Source: an uncultured Mesoaciditoga sp.
GTDB lineage: Bacteria > Thermotogota > Thermotogae > Mesoaciditogales > Mesoaciditogaceae
Direction of reading: 5' to 3'
Length of the DNA stretch: 44,384 bases
Assembly: GCA_964503355.1 (NCBI GenBank)
Contig: CAZCZS010000002.1
Location: 10,556 to 54,939 of the forward strand
Shown: positions 18,083 through 29,611 of the stretch, in pieces
How the letters are laid out: every line of letters begins with the position of its first letter
How positions within the stretch are numbered: the stretch's first letter is position 1
The notes under the pieces: generated by a model
The model's input: the letters and a program-made list of their open reading frames with translations, nothing else
Database searches by the model: none
What the model was told of the DNA's origin: nothing
Program-made: the position numbers and the translations under genes

Positions 18083-18938
18083 CGAAAGAAAAGATGAAAG
18101 AAGAGACGTATTGCGTTTGGAAAACTTGACCATAAAATTCGGTGGTTTAACCGCTGTGGACTCTTTTAACGGATATTTAAAAGAAGGAGAACTCATCGGG
18201 CTTATAGGTCCAAATGGCGCTGGAAAAACCACGATTTTTAACATGATAACCGGTATATACGCTCCAACTTATGGAAGCATCATATTCAACGGCTTGAACA
18301 TAACCGGCATGAAACCTTACGTCATAACGCACTTGGGCATCGCGCGAACTTTCCAGAATATAAGGCTTTTTTCAGAAATGACGGTGTTGGAAAACGTTCT
18401 TGTAGCCGAACACTCTTGGTTACAAAATTACAAGGCGAGAAAAATTTTGTACAAACAAGATCCGAAAAATTTTTCCAAACCGCGCTGGAAACCATGGTTT
18501 TGGAGCGCCGTTTTAAAAACTCCCGATTATTTGAAGATGGAACGGCAGATGAAAGAATACGCTTACGATCTTTTAAAGGCTGTGGGCTTGGATAAATTCG
18601 CTCATTTGAAAGCTTCCGCTTTACCGTATGGGCCTCAACGAAAGTTGGAAATAGCTCGAGCTCTGGCCACAAAGCCGTCTTTGTTGTTGCTGGATGAGCC
18701 GGCAGCGGGGATGAATCCTCAAGAAACTCAAGAGCTGGCCGAATTCGTTCAAGATGTGAGAAAGAAATTTTCGGTTACGATCCTTTTGATAGAACACGAC
18801 ATGAAATTCGTAATGAAGATTTGCGAAAGAATATACGTTCTCGACTACGGGAAGATAATAGCCCACGGTGTTCCCGAAGAAATACAGAACAACAAGAAAG
18901 TCATAGAAGCTTATCTTGGAGATGAGAGCTATGTCTGA
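18069..18938 (+). CDS. livG: BCAA ABC ATPase
   Basis: GPNGAGKTT, GIARTFQN, LPYG, LLLDEPAAG, IEHDM. Confidence 0.95.
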   Translation: MITINERKDERRDVLRLENLTIKFGGLTAVDSFNGYLKEGELIGLIGPNGAGKTTIFNMITGIYAPTYGSIIFNGLNITGMKPYVITHLGIARTFQNIRLFSEMTVLENVLVAEHSWLQNYKARKILYKQDPKNFSKPRWKPWFWSAVLKTPDYLKMERQMKEYAYDLLKAVGLDKFAHLKASALPYGPQRKLEIARALATKPSLLLLDEPAAGMNPQETQELAEFVQDVRKKFSVTILLIEHDMKFVMKICERIYVLDYGKIIAHGVPEEIQNNKKVIEAYLGDESYV

Positions 18939-19653
18939 TATCCTCTTGAAAATAGAAGGTCTTAACGTTTATTACGGGGCCATCCACGCCGTTAAGGGAA
19001 TAAACATAAATGTCAAAAAAAGCGAGATAACGACTTTGATAGGAGCAAACGGAGCTGGAAAAACTTCAACGTTGAATTCCATCGCGGGACTCATTCGGAA
19101 CAAAAAAGGTAAGATAATCTACAACGGTAAAGACATAACCCATTTAAGAGCGGATGCGATCGTTAAATCTGGAATCAGTTTGGCGCCAGAGGGAAGGAGA
19201 ATTTTTCCAAACCTGACGGTTGATGAAAATCTTAAGATGGGTGCGTATTTCAGAAAAGACAAGGAAGGAATCAAAAGAGATCGCGAATGGGTACTCGAAC
19301 TCTTCCCACGCTTAAAGGAACGTCTTAAACAGGTGGGTGGAACGCTTTCGGGCGGAGAACAACAGATGTTGGCAATAGCGCGAGCTTTGATGGCCAATCC
19401 ATCGATTTTGATGATGGATGAACCATCCCTTGGTTTGGCACCTTTACTCGTTAAAGAGGTTTTTGAAGTTATAAAAACGGTAAAAGATGAAGGAAAAACC
19501 GTTTTGCTTGTCGAACAAAACGCCGCTGCTGCGCTATCGATAGCCGATTACGGGTACGTTTTGGAAACCGGAAGCATAGTACTTGAAGGGAAAGGAAAAG
19601 AACTGCTGGCCAACGATGAAGTGAGACGTGCATATCTGGGTGTTACCGTTTAA
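18931..19653 (+). CDS. livF: BCAA ABC ATPase
   Basis: GANGAGKT, PEGRRIF, LSGGEQQM, DEPSLGLAP. ATG 18931 is preferred as the start. Confidence 0.95.
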   Translation: MSDILLKIEGLNVYYGAIHAVKGININVKKSEITTLIGANGAGKTSTLNSIAGLIRNKKGKIIYNGKDITHLRADAIVKSGISLAPEGRRIFPNLTVDENLKMGAYFRKDKEGIKRDREWVLELFPRLKERLKQVGGTLSGGEQQMLAIARALMANPSILMMDEPSLGLAPLLVKEVFEVIKTVKDEGKTVLLVEQNAAAALSIADYGYVLETGSIVLEGKGKELLANDEVRRAYLGVTV

Positions 19654-19677
19654 TTTTAAGTAACGCTTCCTCCTACC

Positions 19678-19710
19678 ACCGCCTGGTTTCGTGCCGGGCG
19701 GTCTTTTTTT
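19678..19710 (+). terminator. Intrinsic terminator after livF
   Basis: ACCGCCTGG / CCGGGCGGT stem followed by a T7 tract. Confidence 0.85.
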
Positions 19711-20476
19711 AGTCTTGCTGTAATTGCAATGCTCGTTTGTAAGTATCGAAGATGGTTTTCATCAAAATGCCGCGCAATCCCTGTTGTTCAAGTGAATATA
19801 TACCCTCAATTGTCGTGCCAGCTGGCGAAGTGACCAAATGCCTTAATTCTCCAGGATGTTTTGCTTCGTGTTCAAGCAATTGAGCTGATCCTTTCATGGT
19901 TTCTAAAACCAAGTTCATGGAAATCTCATAGGATAATCCGAGTTTCATTCCTGCATCCACCAACGATTCTATTATCACAAACACGAAAGCTGGGCCACTT
20001 CCGCTTAAAGCCGTCACGGCGGGAAAGAGATTTTCGCTTACCTCAACCAATTTTCCAAAAGGTAAGAGCAGTTCCTCCACCTTTTTCTTTTCAAGCGAAG
20101 ACTTATCATCATATGATATTCCGATAACACCTTTGCCTATGGAAATTGGAATATTCGGCATTATTCTCACAACACCGTCACCTAAATAGGAAGAAATTTC
20201 GTTTATCGTCAATCCCGCAACTGTGCTTATCAGAATTCTTTTCGAAGATCGCGGTATCCTTTTCAACACCCCAAGTGCATCTTGTGGCTTCACGCATAAA
20301 AACAGAATCTCTGTTTCGGGGATCTTTTCAACATCCAAATACGTTTGAGCGATGCCTTCGTATTTTCTCAATTTTTCAATATGACGATTCACAAGATGAA
20401 CTTCGTGTCCTTTTTGAATGAGCAAATCGGCTATTATACTTCCGATGTTTCCAACTCCTATTATTCCAACTTTCAT
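19709..20476 (-). CDS. proC: Pyrroline-5-carboxylate reductase
   Basis: GVGNIG, VKPQ, RIMPN, SGSGPAF, VTSPAGTT. Confidence 0.95.
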   Translation of the reverse strand: MKVGIIGVGNIGSIIADLLIQKGHEVHLVNRHIEKLRKYEGIAQTYLDVEKIPETEILFLCVKPQDALGVLKRIPRSSKRILISTVAGLTINEISSYLGDGVVRIMPNIPISIGKGVIGISYDDKSSLEKKKVEELLLPFGKLVEVSENLFPAVTALSGSGPAFVFVIIESLVDAGMKLGLSYEISMNLVLETMKGSAQLLEHEAKHPGELRHLVTSPAGTTIEGIYSLEQQGLRGILMKTIFDTYKRALQLQQD

Positions 20477-20500
20477 ATTTTAACCACATCCTTTCTTTAT

Positions 20501-20526
20501 AAAAATCTCCGCTTCAAGCGGAGATT
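20501..20526 (-). terminator. Intrinsic terminator-like hairpin between glyS and proC
   Basis: Perfect inverted repeat AATCTCCGCTT-C-AAGCGGAGATT, ending in a T5 run on the minus strand. Confidence 0.7.
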
Positions 20527-20533
20527 CCCAAAT

Positions 20534-22561
20534 TCACTTCTTCAACAGTGAAGATAAATTCCCAAATTTCAAAAATATTTCATCCAAACTCTTCAGAAAT
20601 CCCAATCGATTTCTTCTCAGATCTTCGCGTGTTGCCATCACGAAAACGTTGTCAAAATATTCATCTATAAGAGGTTTTAAAGATTTCAGCTTTTCAAAAG
20701 CCTCATCGTAGTTTAAATGCTCCAACGCCTCTTCAACTTCAGGTTTCAACCGCAAGTAAGCTTGAAAAAGAGGCTTTTCGTTTTCTTCGAACAGTTCCAC
20801 ATGATATTCGTTAGAATCGTGTTTTTTCGAAATGTTGTGAATCCTTGTGTAAGCTGTGATGAAATCTTCGAAATCTTCACTGGCTTTGTATTTTTCTATG
20901 CTTTCCGCAGAGAGACGAGCCCTCAACGGCGTTGCCCATAATTCCAAAACTGATTTTGCCACATCAAAAGATACATGATAACGTTCTCTCAACAGAACTT
21001 CCAATCTTCCTTTGAAGAATCCCTCAACTTCATCCCAAGGAACTTTCTTCTTCAAAAGAGACTCCGTTATTCTTCCTTCCTCTTTTACGTTTATGTCCCA
21101 CTCGAAATCGTTTAAAATTCTTAAGATCCCAAAAGTATTCTTTCTCAAACCATAGGGATCTCTGGAACCAGATGGGATTTCTCCTATTGCAAAATTGGCC
21201 ACGACGGTATCTAATTTATCGGCCAGACCTATCACAGCTCCTATGGTATCGCTTGGAGATTCACCGTCTAAACCATCTGGCATGTATTGTTCTTGCAGAG
21301 CCAACGCGACACGTTCATCTTCATCGCGCGAGGCGTAAATCTTTGCCATGGTGCCTTGCAATTCCGGAAATTCGTATATCATATTCGTGGCCAAATCGGC
21401 TTTGGAGAGAAAAGCTGCCCTTTTTACAAGCTTCAATTCTCCTTCAGGAAAACCCAATTTCTTAGCCACATCAATCGCGATATTCGAAATTCTATCTTCT
21501 TTATCCTTTAAAGTTCCCAATCCTTTTTGGAAAGTTATGCCATCCAGTTTGGAAACAAACTCTTCCAAAGGAACACGCGTATCTTCTTCGTAATAGAAGA
21601 GCGCATCTTCCAACCTTGCGTTTATGACACGTTCATAGCCCTTTCTGACGTTATCACTTCGATTTGCGGGTCCATCTTGGAAGGCGACGAATTTCGTAGA
21701 TATCTTATCGCCTTCTTTCGTTACGAACGTTCTCTGATGATGTCTTAAAACGGTTTTCAACACCGGCTCTGGAAGCGTAGCGTACTTTTGTTTGAACTCT
21801 CCCACAACTGGTTGAGGAAATTCCGTTATCAACGCTATTTCATGAACTAGCGCCTCATCTTCAACCACGTTTAAATTTGTATTCTTTAATCCTTCTTCGA
21901 TCATCGCTTTTCTTTTTTCCACCTTCGCGATGACCATGTTATCCTTTAAGACACTTTCGTATTCTAGAGGATCTTTTATTTCGATTTTCTTTGAAAAATA
22001 CCGATGAGACTCCGTGAATTTCGAAGCGGTTTTACCCAGGAATTCGAAAGCCACGATCCCGTTATCTAAGAGTGATACGATGGAATGCAGAGGCCTCACG
22101 TACTTGTGTTCACCATTTCCCCATTTCATGGGTCTTTTGAATTGCAAACTCGATAGAACTCCTACCAAGATCTCTTTTAGCACATCTTTCGCATCTTTTC
22201 CCTCAACACGTTTGTTCAAAAAAACGTATTCAACGTCTTTCACCTTCACGATTTCCACATCGTTCAACGAAGCGTTGTTCGATCTTAAAAATCCTTCCAA
22301 AGCCCTGGAAGGTTTATCCCCATCGTACGCTATCTTCTTCGCAGGTCCTCTTTTTTTCACGATCACGTCATCCTGTTTTGGACTCAATTCGTGAATGAAA
22401 ACACCAAATCTCCGTGAAGTGGCAAACGTTTCTATTTTTCCATGTTTTAGGTTGACCGTTTTGAGAGCAAAATCCACTTTTTCACCCAAAGTGTTCAATA
22501 TCATTTCAATGTCAGCCGGAGGCATTTCCTCCAAGAGGAGCTCAAGTAAGTATTCACTCAT
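20534..22561 (-). CDS. glyS: Glycine--tRNA ligase beta subunit
   Basis: EEMP, MKWG...[29 protein letters not shown]. Confidence 0.97.
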   Translation of the reverse strand: MSEYLLELLLEEMPPADIEMILNTLGEKVDFALKTVNLKHGKIETFATSRRFGVFIHELSPKQDDVIVKKRGPAKKIAYDGDKPSRALEGFLRSNNASLNDVEIVKVKDVEYVFLNKRVEGKDAKDVLKEILVGVLSSLQFKRPMKWGNGEHKYVRPLHSIVSLLDNGIVAFEFLGKTASKFTESHRYFSKKIEIKDPLEYESVLKDNMVIAKVEKRKAMIEEGLKNTNLNVVEDEALVHEIALITEFPQPVVGEFKQKYATLPEPVLKTVLRHHQRTFVTKEGDKISTKFVAFQDGPANRSDNVRKGYERVINARLEDALFYYEEDTRVPLEEFVSKLDGITFQKGLGTLKDKEDRISNIAIDVAKKLGFPEGELKLVKRAAFLSKADLATNMIYEFPELQGTMAKIYASRDEDERVALALQEQYMPDGLDGESPSDTIGAVIGLADKLDTVVANFAIGEIPSGSRDPYGLRKNTFGILRILNDFEWDINVKEEGRITESLLKKKVPWDEVEGFFKGRLEVLLRERYHVSFDVAKSVLELWATPLRARLSAESIEKYKASEDFEDFITAYTRIHNISKKHDSNEYHVELFEENEKPLFQAYLRLKPEVEEALEHLNYDEAFEKLKSLKPLIDEYFDNVFVMATREDLRRNRLGFLKSLDEIFLKFGNLSSLLKK

Positions 22562-23405
22562 AGGTCTTTACCTCCTCCAAAAAAACAAGCGCACATTTTT
22601 TTGCCATATTCCTTATCTTTCCAATGTAATTCTGTCTGTGAGACACGGATATGGCTCCCCTTGCATCAAGAAGATTGAAGATATGAGAGGATTTCATAAC
22701 TTGATCGTAAGCAGGCCTGTACAATTTCATATCTATAAGCCTTTCAAATTCATGAGAGTGCTTTTCGAAAAGATCGAAAAGCATGTCCACGTCCGCCACT
22801 TCGAAATTGTATTTTGAGAATTGCCTTTCGTTCTCGAGGTAAAGATCGCCGTAAGTGGTGAATTCGTTCCACTTCGTATCGTAGACGTTTTCAACGTCTT
22901 GAAGGTACATGGCTATCCTTTCGAGACCGTAAGTGATTTCTAAGGGTGTGCGCTTCATTTCGACTCCACCAAACTGTTGAAAATATGTGAACTGCGTTAT
23001 CTCCATGCCATCTATCCACACTTCCCATCCTATTCCCCAAGCTCCAAGCGTTGGAGATTCCCAATTGTCCTCCACGAATCTTACATCATGATCTTTTATA
23101 CCCAAACCAAGACTTTCCAACGACTCGAGATACAATTTCTGAGATTCTTGCGGAGAAGGTAAGAGAATAACTTGATACTGCAAAAATCTTTGCATTCTGT
23201 TGGGATTTTCTCCATACCTTCCGTCCGTCGGCCTTCTACACGGTTGCACGAAAGCGACTTTCGCATCTTTTTGTTCCAAAACGGTGAAAAAAGTGGACGG
23301 GTGAAACGTTCCCGCGCCCACTTCCATATCGTATGGTTGATCTATGACGGCGCCTTTATCCGCCCAAAATTTATCGAGAGCGAATATCAGCTCTTGAATG
23401 TTCAC
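22554..23405 (-). CDS. glyQ: Glycine--tRNA ligase alpha subunit
   Basis: [39 protein letters not shown]. Confidence 0.98.
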   Translation of the reverse strand: MNIQELIFALDKFWADKGAVIDQPYDMEVGAGTFHPSTFFTVLEQKDAKVAFVQPCRRPTDGRYGENPNRMQRFLQYQVILLPSPQESQKLYLESLESLGLGIKDHDVRFVEDNWESPTLGAWGIGWEVWIDGMEITQFTYFQQFGGVEMKRTPLEITYGLERIAMYLQDVENVYDTKWNEFTTYGDLYLENERQFSKYNFEVADVDMLFDLFEKHSHEFERLIDMKLYRPAYDQVMKSSHIFNLLDARGAISVSHRQNYIGKIRNMAKKCALVFLEEVKTYE

Positions 23406-26119
23406 GGTTTCACACCTTCATTTCTCAAAACGTTCGCGCATCTCTCACAAAGGGTTGGAAATTCCGGATCCTTTCCGACAGTTGGAGAATACTTCCAACA
23501 TCTCTCACATTTTTGACCTTTGGCGTGCTCCACTTTGACTTGTGTGTCTCCCTCTTCTTCCAAAAGAGTTGCCTGGGAAACTATGAATATATCCGCCAAC
23601 TCGTCGGTGGAAAGTGTGGATAAGATCTTCTTCTTTTCCGCATCGACTTTGAGCGTAACGGAGGCCTCGAGAGGGTGTCCGATATGACCAGCTTGCCTTT
23701 CCTCTTCAAGCGCTTTCAAAACGACGTCTCTCACCTCTCTTATCTTCTCCCATTTCTCCATAAGGCCACGATCGATTTCTTCAACTTTAGGCCACAGCTC
23801 AAGATGGATACTTTCTTCTTTTTTGAAAGGCAAAGAAAGGTATATCTCTTCGGTGGTAAAAGGCAATATCGGCGCCATCAACTTCAAAAGGCTCATGCCT
23901 ATTTCGTAAAGTACCTTTTGAGCCGAACGTCTTTCATGGGATGCTTTTCCAGACGTGTACAACCTATCTTTCAATATGTCAAGGTAAAAGGCGCTCATAT
24001 CCACCGTTATGAAATCGAATATCGCATGGTAAACCTTATGGAAATCGTATTCATCGTAGTATTTAGTGACATCTTTTACAAGCTTTTTGAGCATTTCCAA
24101 CGCGTACTTGTCTATCTCAAAGAGTTCTGACATATCGCTTTGAAGATCGAAATCCGCTATGTTACCGAATATAAAACGCAAAACATTTCTCACTTTACGG
24201 TATCCATCGACTTGCTTTTCAAGAATTCCCATGGAAACTTTCACGTCATTCTTGTATTCTGTTGAAGAAACCCACAAGCGGAAAACATCCGCCCCCATCT
24301 TCGATACGACGTCGTTCGGATCTATGACGTTTCCGAGGGATTTTGACATCTTTCTGTCTTTCTCGTCTCTTATGAACCCATGCGTTACAACCGTTTTATA
24401 CGGCGGTTGTCCATCTCTCATCATTCCCAGTAACAACGAAGACTGGAACCACCCTCGATGTTGATCGCTACCTTCGAGGTAAAGATCGGCGGGGTACCAG
24501 TTTTTTGGTTTCAGAACGGATTCAAAAGACGATCCGGAATCTATCCACACGTCCATGACGTCGTACATCTTCTCGAAGTGCGTCCCACCGCAATTAGGGC
24601 ATTTGTATCCATGTGGCAACAAATCCTCGGCTTTCGCTGAGAACCAAATGTTACTTCCCTTTTCTCCAACCAATTTTGCCACATGTCTGACGATCTTAGC
24701 GTCCATTATCACTTCTCCGCAATCCTTACATCTAAAGGCTGGAATTGGCATTCCCCAATCTCTCTGCCTCGAGATACACCAATCCGGCCTGTCACTCACC
24801 ATCGAAGAGATCCTGTTCTTTCCCCAGTTTGGTACCCATTTGACTTTTTCAATGGCTTCAAGCGTCTTTTCTCTGAGATTTTCTCTGTCGATGGATATAA
24901 ACCATTGTTCAGTTGAACGGAATATCAGAGGCCCGTGGCATCGCCAACAATGGGGATAAGAATGGGTGAACATCTCTTGTGCAACCAAGGCACCAGACTT
25001 TTTCAGATCCTCAACTATCACGTCGTTTGCCTTGAAAACGTGGAGACCACCGTATTTCGGAAGATCTTTAACGTAATATCCATGATCGTCAACTGGAGAA
25101 AATATCTCTAAATCGTACCTTTTGCCAGTTTGGTAGTCCTCCGCCCCATGACCCGGCGCGGTATGAACGGCGCCCGTACCTGTGTCAGTTAAAACGTAAT
25201 CCGCCATGACTATCGGTCTTTCTTCGTTGTAAATCGGATCCAAAAGCGTTTTAAGCTCTAACTCCGAACCCTTGACCTTTCCAACTATCTTCCAATCTTC
25301 CACTTTCGCCTTTTTCATAACCGATTCGACGAGTGCCGTGGCTATCACCCACACTTCATCATTCACTTTCACCTTTGAATACTCCACATCTGGATTAAGG
25401 GCCACGGCCCTGTTGGCTGGTAACGTCCAAGGTGTTGTCGTCCATATGACCACGTACTCATTTTTGGAATCTTTGAAGGCGAATTTGACGTATATCGCTT
25501 TGGACGTGTCGTCTTGGTATTCCACCTCGGCTTCGGCCAACGCCGTGTGACAATGAGGACACCACATAACCGGTTTGTTTTCGCGGTATACCATTCCCTT
25601 TTCAACCACATCCGCGAACACTTCGTATATTCCCTTTTCGTATTCCGGATTCATCGTCAAATAGGGATGTTCCCACTCTCCAAAAACTCCCAATCTTTTG
25701 AATTGTTCGCGTTGAACGTTAACGTATTTTTTAGCGTAACTTTCACACGTTTTACGTATCTCCAAACGTGACATGCTTTTCGCTTTTTCTCCCAATTCAA
25801 CCGAAACTTTATGTTCTATCGGAAGACCGTGCGTATCCCAACCTGGTACATAGGGTGCGTCAAAACCACGCATGGTTTTGTATTTGATCACTATATCTTT
25901 CAAAACCTTGTTCATGGCCGTGCCAACGTGGATGTTCCCGTTGGCGTAAGGTGGTCCATCATGAAGTATGAATTTGGGAGCTCCGTTTCTCGCTTTTCTT
26001 ATCTTGGTGTACAAGCCTTCTTCTTCCCATTTTTTCAAAAATTCCGGCTCTTTTGAAACCAGATTCGCTTTCATCGGTATGATCTTTTTGGGAAGATTCA
26101 ACGTGTCTTTGTAGTTCAA
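23402..26119 (-). CDS. ileS: Isoleucine--tRNA ligase (type 1)
   Basis: [43 protein letters not shown]; C-terminal CERC..CERC zinc finger. Confidence 0.98.
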   Translation of the reverse strand: MNYKDTLNLPKKIIPMKANLVSKEPEFLKKWEEEGLYTKIRKARNGAPKFILHDGPPYANGNIHVGTAMNKVLKDIVIKYKTMRGFDAPYVPGWDTHGLPIEHKVSVELGEKAKSMSRLEIRKTCESYAKKYVNVQREQFKRLGVFGEWEHPYLTMNPEYEKGIYEVFADVVEKGMVYRENKPVMWCPHCHTALAEAEVEYQDDTSKAIYVKFAFKDSKNEYVVIWTTTPWTLPANRAVALNPDVEYSKVKVNDEVWVIATALVESVMKKAKVEDWKIVGKVKGSELELKTLLDPIYNEERPIVMADYVLTDTGTGAVHTAPGHGAEDYQTGKRYDLEIFSPVDDHGYYVKDLPKYGGLHVFKANDVIVEDLKKSGALVAQEMFTHSYPHCWRCHGPLIFRSTEQWFISIDRENLREKTLEAIEKVKWVPNWGKNRISSMVSDRPDWCISRQRDWGMPIPAFRCKDCGEVIMDAKIVRHVAKLVGEKGSNIWFSAKAEDLLPHGYKCPNCGGTHFEKMYDVMDVWIDSGSSFESVLKPKNWYPADLYLEGSDQHRGWFQSSLLLGMMRDGQPPYKTVVTHGFIRDEKDRKMSKSLGNVIDPNDVVSKMGADVFRLWVSSTEYKNDVKVSMGILEKQVDGYRKVRNVLRFIFGNIADFDLQSDMSELFEIDKYALEMLKKLVKDVTKYYDEYDFHKVYHAIFDFITVDMSAFYLDILKDRLYTSGKASHERRSAQKVLYEIGMSLLKLMAPILPFTTEEIYLSLPFKKEESIHLELWPKVEEIDRGLMEKWEKIREVRDVVLKALEEERQAGHIGHPLEASVTLKVDAEKKKILSTLSTDELADIFIVSQATLLEEEGDTQVKVEHAKGQKCERCWKYSPTVGKDPEFPTLCERCANVLRNEGVKP

Positions 26120-26121
26120 GG

Positions 26122-26484
26122 TTACACCTCCAACAATTTTTTTACAGCGCTTTTCAGTTGACTCAAATCTGAGGATTTGACAACGTAATCATCCGCCGCC
26201 CAACTCGAAAGATCATGCTTGTAGTGACTGTAAGCGGTCAACAAAATTATTTTGACGTTTTTCTTCATATCCCTTATCTTTCCAGCGACTTCCAATCCGT
26301 TCATGTTCGGCATTTCTATATCTAAAGTGATCAAATCAACATCGTTCGATGACAAGAAATCAAGTGCCTCTTTTCCATTCGAAGCGGTTGTCACTTCATG
26401 ACCTTCGTCTTCCAGTTCTTCTTTTATCAACATTCTCATAGCATCTTCATCTTCTACCACGAGTATCTTTGCCACACACATCAT
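26122..26484 (-). CDS. Single-domain response regulator
   Basis: VEDE, LDIEMP, TAY and K motifs; no output domain. The true start may be GTG 26475. Confidence 0.92.
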   Translation of the reverse strand: MMCVAKILVVEDEDAMRMLIKEELEDEGHEVTTASNGKEALDFLSSNDVDLITLDIEMPNMNGLEVAGKIRDMKKNVKIILLTAYSHYKHDLSSWAADDYVVKSSDLSQLKSAVKKLLEV

Positions 26485-29213
26485 CCTCCTTCAACTTTTA
26501 AACTCTTCGGTAGCACTATGATAAAACTCGTACCATTTTCATCGCTGTTAGCCTTTATCTTTCCTTTATGTTCATCTTCTATTATCTTCTTACATATTGG
26601 AAGCCCTAAACCGGTTCCGTGCGTTTTTGTGGTGTAAAATGGTTGAAATATCTTCTCAAGTTTATCCGGTGGAATTGGTAAACCGTTGTTCCACACTTCC
26701 ACGATTATTTCATCTCCATTTTCACGTGTTTTGATCTTGATCCTTCCACCGCTTTCATCCACGGCTTCGATCGCATTTTGAATGAGATTCATGATAACTT
26801 CTTTGAAATGATTGGCCTCAACCATCGTTTTCACATCACCTTCGGCCAAGTCGATCTCGATCGAGATGGATTTTTCCCTTATCTTGTCTGAATAAAGTTC
26901 TATCGCCTCTTTCACGATTTCGTTTATGGATCTTTCCTCAAAATTGGCGTTCAAATTCGATCTGCTGAATTCAAGTGTTTGATTTACCAAACTCTCCAAT
27001 CTTTTGGTTTCGTTCAAAATGATGTCCAAATACTTCACCATTTTATCACTTTGAGCTATTTTCTTCGCCCGTTGTGCAAAACCGCCTATAGCGGATAAAG
27101 GATTTCTTATCTCATGGGCCACTCGCGCCGACATTTCACCAAGAACGGCGAGCCTTTCTTGAGTTCTTAATTCCATTTCCATCATATGCTCTTTTGTAAC
27201 GTCATCGAACATGGCTATGTATCCTATTATTATGTTTGTTTCCTTCTCAAAGAGGGGAGAAAACTTTATATTCAAAAACATTTCCTTATCGTTGAGTGTG
27301 AATTTGTATTCGCTAAGGGAAATCGTCTCTTTGACGGTGTAAACTTTTTCGGCCACGTTGAATATATCGAAAAATTCTGGACCTAAGATGTTTATGGTTG
27401 AGTTTATGATTTTATCTTTGGAAATTCCAAACAACTCTTCGCTTTTTTTGTTCCATTCCAGAATTTTGTTTTCCCTGTTCACGACTACAATACCAACGTC
27501 CAAATTTTCCAAGACATTCTGGGCGAAATCCTTGAAATATTCGATCACCATTTTCTGCTTCTCAAGGTTTGAGGTTTTTTCTTTCAGTTCAACGTAACTT
27601 TTGATCGATTCTATGGTTAAACCAACGCTCTCTGAGAATATCTTGAGCATTTCTATCATGTCGTCCGTTATGGGTTTGGATGTGTACTTGTTATCCAAGA
27701 TAACCGCGCCGTAAACTTCTCTTCTTCCCATCAGCGGCACGCACACGAACTCGTCAACTTGAAGGAAGTTCAAAAGATCCATGAATTCTCTTCCGCGTTC
27801 TTGAGCCAAGATACGTGTTACATGGACGATCTTTCCCCTGTTTATAACTCTATCGAAGATGTAATCACCGGTGTAAGAAAACGTTTTCCCTTTCGCCTGT
27901 GCCGTAAGTCCCCCATCTTTTTTTATTATAAGCGCTTCTTCTTTTAAGTACTGAGAAAAATCCGCGTACATGCTTTCTCTTTCGCTGGCCGCTTTCCAAT
28001 TTTGTGAAACTTCTTCGCTTGAAGCTGGACCCAACCATTCTTTAGCTTGCAAAACTTTGTTCTCTTCATCTTTTTCCAAAAATAGCGCCCTGTTAAAGCC
28101 AAATCCCATTCCAGATGTCAATCCTATGAGCATAATTCTATAAACGTTTCCAACATCTTGCGAACTTTTCATAGCCTTCATGATCTTTTGCAAAGCGTTT
28201 AACAGCCTAACTTGTTCACGTTGATGAACTATGTACTCTTTGCTCTGTTGCTGAAGTCTTTTCAACATTTCATTTTCGCGGCGCAACTTCAAATACAATT
28301 CTATCCTGCTTCTGGAAAGCATCATCCTGTTGGCCACACCTGCAAGAATTGAAAGATCGAATTCGTCAAAGTGACGATACGTTCGATAAAAATCGGTGTT
28401 TTTCCTGTTGAAAAGGATGATGATACCTACGAATTCATCATCCTGCATTAACGGTACGCCTATCGCGGACTTCACCCTGAAAGAGAACACATCATTGGAA
28501 GCGCGAGGATCGTTTTTTGAGGATATGGATAGCAAAGGGATCTTTTTTGAAGCTAACCATCCTAACATACCGTGATCGAATTTTACCCTACGTCTCAATA
28601 TCTCGTTTTCCTCTATACCACTGGTGTAAGAAAGCACCAATTCATTTTCACCGGCAAGCCATATCGTTCCCTTTTCGGCGTTAAGAATTTTTACCACGAA
28701 ATCCAAAACGTTTTGATAAAGAACGTCAAAATCCATCGGCATCAAACTGAGCATCGAATCCAAACGCTCCAAGGTGGAAAGCTTGTAAATCGTTGCCCTT
28801 TTCGCTTCCGCATTAAGACATAATTTCAATATGAACGCGACTTTATAAAGAAAATCTTCTCCAGGAACTCCTCCTTTGTACATGAACGCCGCTCCAACGA
28901 GTTCATCTTTCACGTACAAAGGCACGGCTTTTTCTTGAGCTGAAGAATTCCTGTCGAGTTCTTCTTGAATGTTTTCAGTTTTTATCTTTATTTTAAGTGG
29001 TTTTGTATCATCATCCGAAGACATCAACCTGAGTTGTGAATGATCTTTTTCGTAAACGTATAAACTCGTTCGCTCAGAAGAGGTAACGTCTTTGATCAAT
29101 TCCATTAAAGAGCGTAGCATGCCGTTCAGGGTACCTTGACCCAATATCTTTATGATTCTATCCGCCAGTTCCACTGAATATCTTTTTGAATTCTTCTTTA
29201 ATTCTTTCGACAT
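26481..29213 (-). CDS. Cytoplasmic GAF-GAF-PAS sensor histidine kinase
   Basis: H-box VAHEIRNPL, N-box NLIQNA, F/G boxes FQPFYTTK/GTGLGL. No TM segments. ATG 29213 follows GGAG. Confidence 0.93.
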   Translation of the reverse strand: MSKELKKNSKRYSVELADRIIKILGQGTLNGMLRSLMELIKDVTSSERTSLYVYEKDHSQLRLMSSDDDTKPLKIKIKTENIQEELDRNSSAQEKAVPLYVKDELVGAAFMYKGGVPGEDFLYKVAFILKLCLNAEAKRATIYKLSTLERLDSMLSLMPMDFDVLYQNVLDFVVKILNAEKGTIWLAGENELVLSYTSGIEENEILRRRVKFDHGMLGWLASKKIPLLSISSKNDPRASNDVFSFRVKSAIGVPLMQDDEFVGIIILFNRKNTDFYRTYRHFDEFDLSILAGVANRMMLSRSRIELYLKLRRENEMLKRLQQQSKEYIVHQREQVRLLNALQKIMKAMKSSQDVGNVYRIMLIGLTSGMGFGFNRALFLEKDEENKVLQAKEWLGPASSEEVSQNWKAASERESMYADFSQYLKEEALIIKKDGGLTAQAKGKTFSYTGDYIFDRVINRGKIVHVTRILAQERGREFMDLLNFLQVDEFVCVPLMGRREVYGAVILDNKYTSKPITDDMIEMLKIFSESVGLTIESIKSYVELKEKTSNLEKQKMVIEYFKDFAQNVLENLDVGIVVVNRENKILEWNKKSEELFGISKDKIINSTINILGPEFFDIFNVAEKVYTVKETISLSEYKFTLNDKEMFLNIKFSPLFEKETNIIIGYIAMFDDVTKEHMMEMELRTQERLAVLGEMSARVAHEIRNPLSAIGGFAQRAKKIAQSDKMVKYLDIILNETKRLESLVNQTLEFSRSNLNANFEERSINEIVKEAIELYSDKIREKSISIEIDLAEGDVKTMVEANHFKEVIMNLIQNAIEAVDESGGRIKIKTRENGDEIIVEVWNNGLPIPPDKLEKIFQPFYTTKTHGTGLGLPICKKIIEDEHKGKIKANSDENGTSFIIVLPKSLKVEGG

Positions 29214-29595
29214 GCGTACCACTCCAGTAGATTTTTCCACAATTTGGACACATCTTGAAATTGGTGGCGGTTAAATACACCCTTTCCGGAACTTTATCTT
29301 TTACCTCTTCACATGTAACGCTTACCAACGGGGAGTTGCATTCTGCGCATCTTGTGAACAGCTTGAATTCCTTTGAAAGGGTATATCTTCTTTCCAACTC
29401 CGCCAGTTGCTTTCTCCAATTATCTTCAAATATCAAAAATGATTCTCCGGGATAGCTCTCCCATCTTTTTCTCGAACGCGTAAGAAGTATACGGCTTTCT
29501 TCGTATTCACCGTTCCACAACTTCGTATCGAAGCCCAACAATCTGAGTTTTCTCATCAACTTTCCAAGCGTGTTATCGCAAAAAAATTTCATCAT
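29158..29595 (-). CDS. Mut7-C RNase (PIN-like + Zn ribbon) protein
   Basis: D..LGKL.RKLRLLGFDT, RILLTR, RCAECN, CPNCGKIYWSGTH. Confidence 0.9.
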   Translation of the reverse strand: MMKFFCDNTLGKLMRKLRLLGFDTKLWNGEYEESRILLTRSRKRWESYPGESFLIFEDNWRKQLAELERRYTLSKEFKLFTRCAECNSPLVSVTCEEVKDKVPERVYLTATNFKMCPNCGKIYWSGTHVERIKEEFKKIFSGTGG

Positions 29596-29602
29596 TTCGT
29601 TA

Positions 29603-29611
29603 ATTATAGCA
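29603..29611 (-). promoter_or_regulatory. Extended -10 promoter (TGCTATAAT) in front of the Mut7-C gene
   Basis: Perfect TGnTATAAT ends 7 nt before ATG 29595; no SD sequence. Confidence 0.6.

Noticed and set aside
18420-18540. Insertion in LivG (QNYKARK...WFWSAVLK)
   Set aside because: It falls in the variable helical subdomain of LivG and has no intein or mobile-element features.
26120-26484. T-box leader for ileS/glyQS (also checked for hisS)
   Set aside because: The genes abut upstream CDSs, leaving no leader space, and no T-box motif was seen.
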